The position numbers were made by a program, and so were the translations under genes. A stretch of 62,749 bases of DNA, the filler included, from Diploschistes diacapsis (Eukaryota), in the NCBI GenBank assembly GCA_023645945.1. It is 30 parts of 30 records of this genome, joined end to end, with 100 filler letters (N's around TTAATTAATTAA, not from the genome) between each part and the next. Parts side by side here need not be neighbours in the genome. Positions count along the whole stretch, not along the records: positions 61,408 to 62,749 come from JALAIB010003281.1; 29 more parts are not named here. The stretch is one strand, 5' to 3'. The notes beneath the pieces are model-generated. The model was not told where the DNA came from. It saw only the letters and a program-made list of their open reading frames with translations, and did no database searches. Positions 62,148-62,749 of this stretch are shown in pieces. Within the stretch, counting starts at the first letter, position 1, and each line of letters begins with the position of its first letter.

Positions 62148-62339
62148 TGTGACAATAAGGCAGATAAGTGGCTATTCGGTGGCTAGATCTCTGCTAGACG
62201 ATAGATGTACTGATGAAATAACTTCTGAAGAACTATCTCTGTCTGCGAAAACTCTGTTCTTATACAAGAACACGCTAGCGGGCCTTGGTATATGCTTGGC
62301 ATACCCCCTGGTAGCCCTTATTGGGTTCTGCGTATTACA
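62148..62339. repeat. Possible 192-bp solo LTR
   Basis: GC-richer island bounded by TGTGAC...ATTACA. It is single copy in this window and has no clear TSD. Confidence 0.4.
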
Positions 62340-62749
62340 ATTATGGAATCATTTTTAATTAAAAATAGAATTATAATGGCACATCGCGAAAAGTTTTTCA
62401 AGCCAAAAAAAAATTCTGGCGAAAGTGCCGGTTTCGCGGGTTTCGCCCATTTCGCCAGCTTTCGTTAAAACGTTTAGCGAAACATGGCGAAACCGGCGAA
62501 ACCGGCGAAAGCTGGCGAAACTGGCGAAACTAGCGAAACTAGCGAAACTAGCAAAACCGGAGAAAATGGCGAGGCCAATCATTTTTATTACGTAATCATA
62601 AAGTAAAAAAGCATTTTTAAATATTTTAAAAAAATTCTTTTTTCGAAAAAAATTGTTAAAAAATCCGCTAATTTAACGTCGGATAAATAACGTTAAAAAC
62701 TCGCTAAAGCTCTCACGGCGCGAATATCCACGCTTACGTAATATAAAAT

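Noticed and set aside
32041..62582. Repetitive ORFs such as HGYFHGHY, VSVSV and FASFASF
   Set aside because: They are translations of MITE and subterminal DNA repeats.

Overview
This window is not one locus. It is 30 separate contigs from a filamentous ascomycete (Pezizomycotina; finer placement is not possible here), joined by an artificial 100-bp spacer (44 N + TTAATTAATTAA + 44 N). Twenty-nine contigs are 1342-1353 bp, in descending length order. Most of these are AT-rich, RIP-degraded, nested transposon debris: Ty1/copia, Ty3/gypsy including a chromovirus 3' end, several solo-LTR families, Fot1/pogo-type DNA transposons and a derived MITE, a hAT-like MITE with 8-bp TSDs, and probable Tad1-like LINE 3' ends. 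Two small GC-rich contigs carry partial genes (a GNAT acetyltransferase and a hypothetical protein). One 20.8-kb gene-rich contig (10169-30936) carries an Rrn11-like Pol I factor, a Zn2Cys6 transcription factor, an intronless alpha/beta hydrolase, the complex I 51-kDa subunit, a secreted phytase-type histidine acid phosphatase, FBP1 and a 3'-truncated RRP12. The strongest second-look items are: (1) an apparent compensating pair of frameshifts around a premature TAG in the last exon of the Zn2Cys6 gene; (2) a decayed extra ~240-codon ORF between RNase H and the 3' LTR of a copia element; (3) interchangeable, co-varying TIR types in the pogo family; (4) a self-nesting hAT-like MITE; and (5) a possible multi-intron non-coding transcript between two convergent genes. 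No new biological system can be established from sequence alone. Family assignments come from motif recognition by eye, not from database searches.
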